From a virus, in IMG/VR virus record IMGVR_UViG_3300022843_000001, positions 134,786 to 198,785 of that record: a stretch of 64,000 bases of DNA; one strand, given 5' to 3'. Position numbers and translations under genes: made by a program. Each line of letters opens with the position of its first letter. Position 1 is the stretch's first letter. Below the pieces are notes generated by a model, which worked only from the letters and a program-made list of their open reading frames with translations, did not search any database and was not told the origin of the DNA. Below are positions 26,414 through 35,753 of the stretch, piece by piece.

Positions 26414-27190
26414 ATGACACAAGACATGAAAGAGTACATGAAGGTAAACTGCTCAAAAGGGTATACTTATGAAGAAGCTAAGTTTGAAGAATTACCTTCT
26501 GGTATTCTAGAATCTAACGCTGCTTATAGTCCTTTTAGGTTTGCAGGTGGTATTAGGTCAAAGTCTAATATTGAAGGTGGTGCCAAGTTTGTTGTACTTG
26601 ATATTGATAAATCTATGTTAACTGATTTAGAAACGCATACATTATTAAACGAGTATAATCATCATATTGCTAGAACTAGTGATCCAGATAACGAATATAA
26701 ATTTCGTGTGCTTATAGAGCTAGATTCTATAGTAGATGTTGAAGATCGTATGTGGTCTGTATTTATTGAAGAAATAGGTATTGAGCTAGGTATTGTTATA
26801 GATAATCTACCTAAAAGTTCTATATTCTTTTCTTACGAAAATCGTGAAATACACAGTCAAACAGAAGGTACTCCTTTACCTGTTAAGCCATTATTAGATC
26901 GTGCTGCTATTCGTTTACGTGATAAACCAAAGCCAGCTAGAGAGTTACCTACTGCTAGCAAGAAAGCATTATTAGATGATCCACGTACTACTTTTGAATT
27001 TGCGTTTAACGCAGAAAAAGGTGAACGTAGTAGATTTCTTTATAGAGCACTAGCTTACGCAATTGACGTTGGTGCTACTGAAGAATACATCATAGATTTA
27101 GCTAATGAAATTAATGATTATTGGACTGATAGTATGGATACAGATAGGTTAGAAAATACTTTAATTACACCAGCGTTACGTAGGATATAA
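26414..27190 (+). CDS. Primase-polymerase (AEP-like) domain protein
   Basis: VVLDID, HIARTS, KFRVLI motifs; C-terminal GERSRFLY helical domain. Confidence 0.7.
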   Translation: MTQDMKEYMKVNCSKGYTYEEAKFEELPSGILESNAAYSPFRFAGGIRSKSNIEGGAKFVVLDIDKSMLTDLETHTLLNEYNHHIARTSDPDNEYKFRVLIELDSIVDVEDRMWSVFIEEIGIELGIVIDNLPKSSIFFSYENREIHSQTEGTPLPVKPLLDRAAIRLRDKPKPARELPTASKKALLDDPRTTFEFAFNAEKGERSRFLYRALAYAIDVGATEEYIIDLANEINDYWTDSMDTDRLENTLITPALRRI

Positions 27191-27192
27191 TT

Positions 27193-27426
27193 ATGTCTAT
27201 TTACTCTCACCCAACTCAAATTACAGAATTAGAAGGTATTTACGTTGTAAAAAATAATCAAAAAAATAAGTACGTTTATTTAAGTGTTGTATTTTTTGGT
27301 ATGAAAAAAGAAATTTTTAAAAGTCATTTAGATATTGTAAATTATTTAGAAGCAGCAGATGTTTCCGAAGATGATTTATTTTTTAATAAAAATGAAACTT
27401 TAGATTCTGTATTTTTAGAAGCATAA
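27193..27426 (+). CDS. Hypothetical protein (77 aa)
   Basis: AGGA RBS. Confidence 0.65.
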   Translation: MSIYSHPTQITELEGIYVVKNNQKNKYVYLSVVFFGMKKEIFKSHLDIVNYLEAADVSEDDLFFNKNETLDSVFLEA

Positions 27427-27446
27427 AATAAAAATGGAGAATAACA

Positions 27447-28028
27447 ATGTTTGCAAAACGTGTAATCAAAAAAATAAAACCTACAGATGTGAGTATTCTT
27501 ACTCAATCTAATGTTCCTAAACCTTTACATGGGTTAAATCCTAGAACACTTTTAGGAAAAATTTGGTGGGATAAAACTAGGTTTAAAGCACAAGAATGCT
27601 ATGGCTATAAATGTGCTGCATGTGGTGTAGATAAAGAAAACGCTAAAGAACATCAATGGTTAGAAGGACATGAAGCTTGGAATATAAATTATCAAACAGG
27701 TATTTGTGAAGTAACAGAAATACTGCCTTTATGCCACTACTGTCATAACTTTATTCATAGCGGTAGGTTAGTTGTTACAGCAAGTAGAAAAAAAGCTGTT
27801 GACGTTATTACTCATGGAATTGCATTGCTAGCTGAAACTAAACTTAAAGTATTCCCCGGGACGCTTATAGTTGCAAACAGATTAGGCATTGACACAAAAG
27901 AATTAAGATCTTACGCTCTGCCGTCAAATCTTTATTGGTCAGATTATAAAATGAAGTTAAACGGAAAACTGTACGACAGTTTGTACAAAAATTACGAAGA
28001 ATGGGAAAATCATTATGTGGGAATATGA
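27447..28028 (+). CDS. HNH-family nuclease-like protein
   Basis: CAACG...LEGHEAW...LCHYCHNFIH. Confidence 0.7.
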   Translation: MFAKRVIKKIKPTDVSILTQSNVPKPLHGLNPRTLLGKIWWDKTRFKAQECYGYKCAACGVDKENAKEHQWLEGHEAWNINYQTGICEVTEILPLCHYCHNFIHSGRLVVTASRKKAVDVITHGIALLAETKLKVFPGTLIVANRLGIDTKELRSYALPSNLYWSDYKMKLNGKLYDSLYKNYEEWENHYVGI

Positions 28029-28668
28029 AGGAACACCAATTAATTTTCACGAAGATTTACACGAGTACTGTGTAGCAATTGTCTACGAAATAACATTTAA
28101 AGGTGGCAAGAAATACATAGGTAAAAAGCAAGTAAGATCTTTGCGTAGATTAAAAGCAACTAAAAAACAATTAGCTATTCGTAAAAACTATAAACGTGTA
28201 GAAATGAAAAACATACCTTTTATAGATTACGCAGGTACGTCTGAATTTACTGAAAATTTAGTGCCTGTAAAAAAAGAAATACTTCATCAATGCAGCAACA
28301 AAAAAACAGCAACTTACTTAGAAGCTGGTGAAATGTTTCATGTAAATGCAATATTTAACACAGACTATTTAAACAAAAATATTCAAGGTTGTTATTTTGA
28401 TAATTCACTAGATGGTTTGATTGATATAGAAGCTGAAATAGAAATGCTAACAGTAGAAAAATTTACAAGAAAAACAGCAATAATTGAACATAATATTGAG
28501 TACTCTGTACCAAAAGACGAATGGTACGCTTTAATAGATGCAGGTGTAGATCCAGAAGAAGCATTCCAACAATTAAACCAAATAGTAGATACTAAAATAC
28601 GTTTTGTAGACTGTAAAACTGATTTAGTTGAGTCAATACAAATTCACAGCACTGAATTTATCTGGTAG
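28015..28668 (+). CDS. GIY-YIG (Seg-like) endonuclease
   Basis: IVYEIT...KKYIGKKQ...YAGTS...KEILH...YLNKNI. Confidence 0.7.
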   Translation: MWEYEGTPINFHEDLHEYCVAIVYEITFKGGKKYIGKKQVRSLRRLKATKKQLAIRKNYKRVEMKNIPFIDYAGTSEFTENLVPVKKEILHQCSNKKTATYLEAGEMFHVNAIFNTDYLNKNIQGCYFDNSLDGLIDIEAEIEMLTVEKFTRKTAIIEHNIEYSVPKDEWYALIDAGVDPEEAFQQLNQIVDTKIRFVDCKTDLVESIQIHSTEFIW

Positions 28669-28710
28669 CAACTATTCCTTAAAACTAGGGGGTATAAATA
28701 GGAAGTTAAA

Positions 28711-28941
28711 ATGAATATAAAAGAAATAAGTAAAGATATAGAAATTCTTCTAAGTGCAATGTATGACGCAATGATAACAAAATCACTTGCACCAGAAGAA
28801 TACGATATTAATAATTACGAAGAAAAACACCGCAGTTTCATAAATAACTATGTAGAAAAAAGCTCTGGTATGACTTGTGCTGAAGTGTTAATCAGCTATT
28901 TACAATTTAATAATCTTTTAATTGAAGGTATTGCAGAATGA
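28711..28941 (+). CDS. Hypothetical protein (76 aa)
   Basis: GGA RBS. Confidence 0.6.
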   Translation: MNIKEISKDIEILLSAMYDAMITKSLAPEEYDINNYEEKHRSFINNYVEKSSGMTCAEVLISYLQFNNLLIEGIAE

Positions 28942-29354
28942 AAACAGTTCATCAAATAACTTTACAACTTTTACGTAACAAAAATTCAGTATTGTTTGGA
29001 TCTCAATCTTTAGAGCTAGACAACTGCGATGATACTGACATAGCAATAATGCTTAGTGACTTGCCTGAAGAATTAAAACATTTACAAGTTTTTAGTCCAG
29101 AAAACTATTTTACTGTTCTTCCATTTGGTTGTATTGGTTTTATACGCATTACTGATCAAATAAAAGATTTTTACGAAAAACCAAATCATATTGATATATT
29201 GTTATTCAATAACAAACTAGGTCTTAGTGTTATTTCAGGTGTTGTAAGAGATTTAAAAAGTATTCCTAAATTTTACGTAACAGAAAAAAAAGTTAGAATA
29301 AAACTGTACGAAATAGGTATAACTTACTATAACAAAATGGTGGAAAACATCTAA
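28938..29354 (+). CDS. Minimal nucleotidyltransferase-fold protein (putative)
   Basis: LFGS...DDTDIAI (hG[GS]x9-13DhD) plus a later IDILL strand. Confidence 0.5.
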   Translation: MKTVHQITLQLLRNKNSVLFGSQSLELDNCDDTDIAIMLSDLPEELKHLQVFSPENYFTVLPFGCIGFIRITDQIKDFYEKPNHIDILLFNNKLGLSVISGVVRDLKSIPKFYVTEKKVRIKLYEIGITYYNKMVENI

Positions 29355-30019
29355 TGTCCTATAATACAGTAAATTATCAAGTCTATAACACACTGTATAG
29401 TATTAACAAAATTTTACGAGTTCTTAACGAGCACAAAATACTAGGATTTGATGTAGAAACTAGATCAATTTACACTGCAGAACAAGTAAAAGAAGCTAAA
29501 GAGCTTCTTAAACATCCTAAAAATATTAATCCTTGTTTTTTAATTAATGTTAAAAAAGTGGCTAAGTCTTCTGGATTAAGCCACCCAACTCTTATAAGAA
29601 CTACACATTTTATATTTGGCATAACTAGTACTGAGAGTGTTATTTTGATAGCTCATGATGAAAAAACAGAAATGGCAATTTGGAATTGGATTGTAAAATA
29701 CAAAGGCAAATTTCTTATACACAACTCAGGTTTTGATTTAAAAATATGCTATCAAAGAACAGGAAAACTTCCTGTAAATTTTGAAGACACTCAGTTAATT
29801 GCTAAATGTTACATAAACAATGCAGATAACTGGAAAGCTAAAGTAGGACTTAAAGTGCTCATGGGTGGTTATTACAATCCAAAGTGGAGCATGTATGAGG
29901 ATTACAATATCAAGAATATCAATGATACAGACTTCTTGGAATATTGTGCAATTGACGGAAGCTCTGTGGTAATGCTTTATAGGTTGCTGCAAGAGCATAA
30001 AGAGAGTATGCTACCATAG
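29354..30019 (+). CDS. 3'-5' exonuclease domain of family A DNA polymerase (stand-alone)
   Basis: ExoI GFDVET, ExoII HNSGFD, ExoIII YCAID. Confidence 0.88.
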   Translation: MSYNTVNYQVYNTLYSINKILRVLNEHKILGFDVETRSIYTAEQVKEAKELLKHPKNINPCFLINVKKVAKSSGLSHPTLIRTTHFIFGITSTESVILIAHDEKTEMAIWNWIVKYKGKFLIHNSGFDLKICYQRTGKLPVNFEDTQLIAKCYINNADNWKAKVGLKVLMGGYYNPKWSMYEDYNIKNINDTDFLEYCAIDGSSVVMLYRLLQEHKESMLP

Positions 30020-30045
30020 ACGTTTAGCAAACAAGGTTTAAAGTT

Positions 30046-30747
30046 ATGGAAAAGTCTAGTGTACGACTTAAAAGAATACTGGTAGGTATGAAGTGCAGAT
30101 GCAACGGAACAGCAGGAGAGCACTCACTAGTTAACTATAAAAACAGAGGAATAACAGTCTGTGATTTGTGGTTAAACTCAACAAAAGACTTCATGTTATG
30201 GGCAATGGAAAATGGTTACACACCAGAGTTGTCTATAGACCGTATAAATAATGACAAAGGATACTCTCCAGATAACTGTAGGTGGACAGATCAATCAGTA
30301 CAATCTGCTAATACAAGAGTTCTTTATAAACATAACGTGTCTGGTTTCCGTGGGGTAAGTTGGAATAAGCAGTATGGTAAATGGGAAGTGTCTATAAGTG
30401 TTGACCGAAAAACAGTAAAGGTTGGCTACTACGACACTACCTTGGAGTCAGCTATGGCTTACGACACTTATATAAGGGATAACAATTTACCACATACAAC
30501 AAATAACACTGTTGGAAGGGTAGAGTCCAGCAAAGGAAAGTTATTGTTGTCTAGTAACGTATCAGGTTACGTAGGTGTATCAGCACCTAAACGTATAGCT
30601 CACTTAAAAAATTGCTGGTTCACTCAAATACAAGTAAAAGGTGAAAGAGTGTTTAGTAAGTATACTGATTCGGCAATGAACGCAGCAATTTTACGTGAAC
30701 AATACATAAAAGATAACAACTTACCTAACAAGTTGAACTTCCAGTGA
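30046..30747 (+). CDS. HNH homing endonuclease with two AP2-like domains
   Basis: RGITVC...LSIDRINNDKGYSPDNCRW; SGFRGV and SGYVGV repeats. Confidence 0.85.
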   Translation: MEKSSVRLKRILVGMKCRCNGTAGEHSLVNYKNRGITVCDLWLNSTKDFMLWAMENGYTPELSIDRINNDKGYSPDNCRWTDQSVQSANTRVLYKHNVSGFRGVSWNKQYGKWEVSISVDRKTVKVGYYDTTLESAMAYDTYIRDNNLPHTTNNTVGRVESSKGKLLLSSNVSGYVGVSAPKRIAHLKNCWFTQIQVKGERVFSKYTDSAMNAAILREQYIKDNNLPNKLNFQ

Positions 30748-30786
30748 TGGTTGTAAAACTGTGGTACCAATTAAAGGAATTTAAAC

Positions 30787-30987
30787 ATGACTGAACATGA
30801 CAATGAGATAAGAACTATTTATTGTGACTGTGGTGAATGGGAAATGTTTCCTTCTGATATGCCAAGACGAAAATCACAAAACTTTGAACATGTACAAAAC
30901 ACTGAAAACAACGAAGCTATTTATAAATGCAATTGTGGTTTAACTACTACTAGTGTTTGTGAAATTTCAGATAGTTCTGAGGAATAA
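30787..30987 (+). CDS. Small zinc-ribbon protein
   Basis: CDCG...CNCG; AAGGA RBS. Confidence 0.65.
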   Translation: MTEHDNEIRTIYCDCGEWEMFPSDMPRRKSQNFEHVQNTENNEAIYKCNCGLTTTSVCEISDSSEE

Positions 30988-30990
30988 AAC

Positions 30991-31173
30991 ATGACTGAAT
31001 ACACAGTTAAATGGGAAATTCAGTTAGAAGCTGAAAGCCATAGGGAAGCAGCTAAACTAGCTAGAGGAATACATCTAGACCAAAACTCAGAAGCTTTAAA
31101 TTTTAAAGTAACTAAAGATGACGATGGTACTATAAAGTTTATTAACTTAATGGACTATAACGGAGAAATCTAA
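30991..31173 (+). CDS. Hypothetical protein (60 aa)
   Basis: GAGGA RBS; YTVKWEI..EAES..EAA motif. Confidence 0.65.
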   Translation: MTEYTVKWEIQLEAESHREAAKLARGIHLDQNSEALNFKVTKDDDGTIKFINLMDYNGEI

Positions 31174-31463
31174 TGGTTTACAAAAATCTTAGAGATCTGG
31201 CTGCTGCACTTGACGTTGTGGTAGGAAGGTACATGTTACTCAACTACCGTATAACGGACACAGAAAACCAACATACACTGATGGTATTTCGTTTAGTACG
31301 GGAAGGTTACAAACTTCATGGCAAAAGCTCTGGTGGTGGTATTAAATCAGTCAACATAAAGCTAGACGATATTTTTGGTGTTGATGAACACTTACAAGAA
31401 CTTGATGAGTTATGTCGTAACTCAATAGATAACAGTAAAAGGTATATGGTGCACTATGAGTAA
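31173..31463 (+). CDS. Hypothetical protein (96 aa)
   Basis: Coupled to neighbours. Confidence 0.6.
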   Translation: MVYKNLRDLAAALDVVVGRYMLLNYRITDTENQHTLMVFRLVREGYKLHGKSSGGGIKSVNIKLDDIFGVDEHLQELDELCRNSIDNSKRYMVHYE

Positions 31464-33267
31464 CACACAGCTAAGACCTTGGCAATTACTGCCTGTACCT
31501 TACCCAGCAGAATTTGATCCATCAGATGATGATCCTGATTATTTTTACAAAAACGTTGTAAAGCAGTTAATACCTGACATTATTAAAATGACTCTAGAAG
31601 GTATCCCTATAGACCAAGAAGCAGTTGAAAAACTGAGATTAACTATCGATAATGTTTTAACTTCTGTAACAGAAAGATTAAATAAAAATCCACTTATAGA
31701 GCAATACAAAGAACATGTATACCCTGCATTAGTTAAAGAATACAAAGATAAAGTACTTGTTTCTGTAAGAACATATCATTATTATTTAAAAGAATTTAAT
31801 ACTAAAAATATTACTCATAGAACTTATGTTGTAAATGCTTTTTTAATAAATCAAAAACTTAATGATAAATGTAAAGAAAAATGGACAATACCAGAGCTTA
31901 AAAAAACAAACCAATTTTTAAAAAGTAGGTTTTTAACTAATGCAATTGACGGAACTCTTTCTCCTGTAAATCTTACTGTTGAAACTGGAATGATTAATCT
32001 AGCAAAAGAACAAGCAAGACTGTGGAATAAACCTAGATACAAAAAATCTGATATACCTGTAATAGTTCCTGACATTAATCCTGCAAGTGCTAAACAACTT
32101 CAAACGTTTTTTAATATGCTGGAAATAGAACCTATTACGTTATCAAGTAAAACAGGTGATGCCAGTTGGAACCGTAAAAACATAGAAATGTTATTTAATA
32201 CTGAAACAGATGAAGATCTTTTAGATGTACTACAAGCGTTTATTGACCATTCATTTAGTGGAATTATAAAAAATAACTTTTTAGCAGCATTTGATAGTTT
32301 TACAATTGACGGTGTACTGTACGGTAACATTAAATTGTTCGGTGCTAAGAGCTTCAGACCAACCTCTAACTCGCCTAACCTGCTTAACATGCCTAGTTCT
32401 AAGTCTATATACGCAAAGCCCTTAAAAGAGTGTTTTATATCTCCTGAAGGCAAAGTTATATATGCAGTAGACTTAGGTGCTTTAGAAGACAGAGGCATTG
32501 CAAATCTGTCAGGTGATAAAAACAAACAAAATATTTTTCTAGAAAACTTAGATGGTCACTCTCTCAACGCTTGTGGTTACTTTAAAAAAGAAATAGAAAA
32601 GTATATGGGTGTAAATACTGACAACGTAGCTTATGTAAAAGAATTTTTTAGGTTAACTGATGAAGAAAAACATCCTGAACTTATTAAAATTAGATTTAAT
32701 TCTAAAGCTCCTACTTTTAAACTAGCTTATGGCGGTTTTCCAGATGACACCAAAGGTGGAGTAATTACCGAAGAAATATTTAACAACTACCATACTGTTT
32801 TATACCCGGGTATTACTGATTACCGGGAAAACTATGTACTTCCGTTTGCTCAAGAAAATGGCTACATACATCTAGGTTTAGGTTGCAGAATATACACAGA
32901 TGACGCTGAAGGTAAAATTAGATCTATAAATAATGCAACAGTACAATTTTGGAGCATATTAACTCTAATAGCAGTTAACGAAATTAATTTTAGAATTTCA
33001 GAACTGGGTTATGAAAATAACATAAAAGCAATTTCAACTATTTACGACAGTATTTACTTTATAGTAGATGCAGACACCGAAATGATTAAATGGCTTAACG
33101 ACAATATTATTCCAATACTTTGTACTAAATGGCTTGAAGAAGAAGTTGTTTGTAACGTTGCTGAAGGTGAAATAGGTCTTAATTGGGCTAATTTACATAA
33201 AGTTAAAAACAACGCACCGCTAGAAGACATATACAAAATTTTGGAGAAAATTCATGATAAAAAATAA
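31456..33267 (+). CDS. Family A DNA polymerase, polymerase domain
   Basis: RPTSNSPNLLN, motif A VDLGALEDR, motif B RFNSKAPTFKLAYG, motif C IYDS. Confidence 0.92.
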   Translation: MSNTQLRPWQLLPVPYPAEFDPSDDDPDYFYKNVVKQLIPDIIKMTLEGIPIDQEAVEKLRLTIDNVLTSVTERLNKNPLIEQYKEHVYPALVKEYKDKVLVSVRTYHYYLKEFNTKNITHRTYVVNAFLINQKLNDKCKEKWTIPELKKTNQFLKSRFLTNAIDGTLSPVNLTVETGMINLAKEQARLWNKPRYKKSDIPVIVPDINPASAKQLQTFFNMLEIEPITLSSKTGDASWNRKNIEMLFNTETDEDLLDVLQAFIDHSFSGIIKNNFLAAFDSFTIDGVLYGNIKLFGAKSFRPTSNSPNLLNMPSSKSIYAKPLKECFISPEGKVIYAVDLGALEDRGIANLSGDKNKQNIFLENLDGHSLNACGYFKKEIEKYMGVNTDNVAYVKEFFRLTDEEKHPELIKIRFNSKAPTFKLAYGGFPDDTKGGVITEEIFNNYHTVLYPGITDYRENYVLPFAQENGYIHLGLGCRIYTDDAEGKIRSINNATVQFWSILTLIAVNEINFRISELGYENNIKAISTIYDSIYFIVDADTEMIKWLNDNIIPILCTKWLEEEVVCNVAEGEIGLNWANLHKVKNNAPLEDIYKILEKIHDKK

Positions 33268-33442
33268 AGAACAACTTATAAAAAATATATCAGAAAAAGC
33301 AGTAGATGAAATGGACCTATCTACTCTTATGGAAATAGTTTTTGAAACTATTTGTAAAAATTTAAATAATTTAACTGATAAGGAACTTGTAGAAAATATA
33401 AAAGAATTCTACGAAGAATTTACTAACGATATTGAATACTAG
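33254..33442 (+). CDS. Hypothetical protein (62 aa)
   Basis: GGAG RBS. Confidence 0.6.
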   Translation: MIKNKEQLIKNISEKAVDEMDLSTLMEIVFETICKNLNNLTDKELVENIKEFYEEFTNDIEY

Positions 33443-33450
33443 GAAAAAAC

Positions 33451-33660
33451 ATGCAAAACATAGGAAAATTAAGAGAAAATGGTTGGCTTGATACTAAAGC
33501 ACCAAATTCTCCACGTAAGGTACTTTTAAACATGAAGTTAGCTGTAGCTGTTGAAGAAAATAATGATGGTACTTGTAAAGTTTTATTTCCATCAAGATCT
33601 TGTAAAAATACAATTACATCTTTTGAGGCTGTAGAAACTTTTTTATCGGAGATGAAATAA
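33451..33660 (+). CDS. Hypothetical protein (69 aa)
   Basis: AGGA RBS. Confidence 0.6.
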   Translation: MQNIGKLRENGWLDTKAPNSPRKVLLNMKLAVAVEENNDGTCKVLFPSRSCKNTITSFEAVETFLSEMK

Positions 33661-33661
33661 C

Positions 33662-34471
33662 ATGTCAAATCCATTAGATTATGACCACAGTACTGACTAT
33701 CTACCAAAAGACTGTGTACTAAAAATAAGTCCAAGCAAATTTAGTACTTTTATTGAAAAGCCTCATAACTGGTTTAGACAAGTTATACTTGGAGAAAACC
33801 AATTTACTTATAGTACGTCATCAGTACTTGGTACAGTAGTGCATTACTTATCTGAAATGGTAGCTAAAAAACAAGATATAAGTAAAGACGCTATTTTTGA
33901 ATACATAAATAAACATGAAGATAATGATGATTACTGTGCTCAAACAGTAATTGATAATTTTGAACAAATGGCAGGGGTACTTATTAATGAATACGTACTT
34001 CCTAATATGGATAACTACCTAGAAATTGAATCTAGGCATTTTGTAGAAATACTAAAAGGCTTTTATGCTAGTGGTAGTTTAGATGTGTTAGAAGGCACTA
34101 AAGACGATTGTATGGTATCTGATTATAAAACTTACCATTCAAAAACTAAACCTAAGTCAATACCTTACTATTACAAATACCAACTGCTTGTTTATGCTTA
34201 CATTCTTACAAAGCTAAAGTACAAACCAACACGTATAAGACTTATATATGTAAGCAGAAATATTGAAGGTCTTATGAGTCCTACTGGTAACGGTAAACAA
34301 TTAAAGTCATACCCTCCTGAATTAACAGTTCTTACAGAAATGATTACTGATGAAGATATGCAATTTATTACCGGGCAGTTAGAAATGTGTGTTGATGCAT
34401 GTCTCGCTACTGATGAACATCCTGAATTAACGCATGTAATTTGGCATGATCCGCGCCTTCGTGGTTTATAA
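33662..34471 (+). CDS. PD-(D/E)xK exonuclease (RecB/Cas4-like fold)
   Basis: ISPS, GTVVH, GSLD...VSDYKT, QLLVY; no Fe-S cysteine set. Confidence 0.85.
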   Translation: MSNPLDYDHSTDYLPKDCVLKISPSKFSTFIEKPHNWFRQVILGENQFTYSTSSVLGTVVHYLSEMVAKKQDISKDAIFEYINKHEDNDDYCAQTVIDNFEQMAGVLINEYVLPNMDNYLEIESRHFVEILKGFYASGSLDVLEGTKDDCMVSDYKTYHSKTKPKSIPYYYKYQLLVYAYILTKLKYKPTRIRLIYVSRNIEGLMSPTGNGKQLKSYPPELTVLTEMITDEDMQFITGQLEMCVDACLATDEHPELTHVIWHDPRLRGL

Positions 34472-34526
34472 TAGTAGACAAACGTGCCACAACAAGGTAG
34501 TATTTGTTTTTTAAGGAGTAAAGAAC

Positions 34527-35027
34527 ATGGCACAAAGACAGTCAAGATTTGGAAGAAGTACAGGAAAAAATAACGCTACTGACTCACCTAACTACACAAG
34601 ATGGAGTCACATGAGACATCGTTGTTATGTTGAGTCAGATAATAACTATTTTAACTATGGTAAAAAAGGAATCATTGTTTATAAAGAATGGATTACTGAT
34701 TTTTTTGCTTATGAAAAATACATAATGTCTTTACCTAATGCAGGAAAAGAAACCTACACAATAGACAGAATAGATTCATCTAAAAACTATGAACCTGAAA
34801 ATTTACGTTGGGCTTCTAAAGTAACGCAATCAAGAAACTGTAGAATTTCTTCTAACAACAAGTCAGGAGTTACAGGTGTGTCTTGGGATAAAAGAAATAA
34901 CAAATGGAGAGCAGTGATAGCTATTAACTACAAAACAGTATCACTAGGAAGATTTGATTTACTTGAAGATGCTATTTCAGCAAGAAAACAAAAAGAAAAT
35001 GAAATTAAATTTTATAAGCAGGCTTAA
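34527..35027 (+). CDS. HNH-AP2 homing endonuclease
   Basis: YGKKGI...TIDRIDSSKNYEPENLRWA...SGVTGV...LGRF. Confidence 0.85.
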   Translation: MAQRQSRFGRSTGKNNATDSPNYTRWSHMRHRCYVESDNNYFNYGKKGIIVYKEWITDFFAYEKYIMSLPNAGKETYTIDRIDSSKNYEPENLRWASKVTQSRNCRISSNNKSGVTGVSWDKRNNKWRAVIAINYKTVSLGRFDLLEDAISARKQKENEIKFYKQA

Positions 35028-35039
35028 AGGTGCGTAATT

Positions 35040-35264
35040 GTGACTTGGACAAAAGAAGAATACGGAGTTCTTTCAGATAAAAGAGGTGGTCGTTGGACAA
35101 TAACTAATGGTCATTTAAGATTTGATGTGCATGTTATGTACGACGGTAGTGGACGAAAAGAAAAATATCCTGATGGTGTAATAATATCAGTTGACCAAGC
35201 TGACGAGTATGTAGATAAAATTATCAATGCTTTAAATGAAGCTAATGTAAAACTAGAAAGGTAA
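35040..35264 (+). CDS. Hypothetical protein (74 aa)
   Basis: AAGGTG RBS, GTG start. Confidence 0.6.
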   Translation: MTWTKEEYGVLSDKRGGRWTITNGHLRFDVHVMYDGSGRKEKYPDGVIISVDQADEYVDKIINALNEANVKLER

Positions 35265-35268
35265 AATA

Positions 35269-35571
35269 ATGATACAATCATTACAAGAAATTATATCAAA
35301 AAAAGCTCAATCTGAACTAAACACAAAATACATAAATGTATGCAACAAATTTTTAACTGACTTAAAGATGGTCGGTGAAAGAGTTGATTTAGAAATAGAT
35401 GGCAAAGTAATATTTGTTCCTTCCAGAAAAATTATAGAAGCTTTTATTTATTCAGCTTACAAAATCAACGCAGAAACACACGTAGAAAAAGAAACTATAA
35501 AGTTTATGCAAAGTGTACAACAAGCAAAAGTTAGATTAGAAGAACTTGGAGAATGGAATTATGATGAGTAA
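35269..35571 (+). CDS. Hypothetical protein (100 aa)
   Basis: AAGGT RBS. Confidence 0.65.
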   Translation: MIQSLQEIISKKAQSELNTKYINVCNKFLTDLKMVGERVDLEIDGKVIFVPSRKIIEAFIYSAYKINAETHVEKETIKFMQSVQQAKVRLEELGEWNYDE

Positions 35572-35740
35572 TGTACCAGATGACTATTGGAGTCACACAG
35601 ACAATCCATTACATCCAGACTTTGATGACAAACAAGGAATGTTGGATGAAAAAGAGTATGAAAAGCAAAGGGAAATTGCTATAGACGCTGAAGCTGAAAG
35701 ACGAGCTGAAGAAAAAACTGACGCATTTTTATTTGAGTAA
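35561..35740 (+). CDS. Hypothetical acidic protein
   Basis: GGAG RBS. Confidence 0.55.
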   Translation: MMSNVPDDYWSHTDNPLHPDFDDKQGMLDEKEYEKQREIAIDAEAERRAEEKTDAFLFE

Positions 35741-35753
35741 CAAAGGTTAGATT

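Noticed and set aside
30020-31455. Group I intron or intein interrupting DNA polymerase
   Set aside because: No P7/catalytic core or intein N/C-terminal residues seen; insert is filled with independently initiated ORFs and both halves have their own start/stop
33662-34471. Cas4 / CRISPR system
   Set aside because: PD-(D/E)xK nuclease lacks Fe-S cysteines; no repeat-spacer array or other cas genes seen in the window
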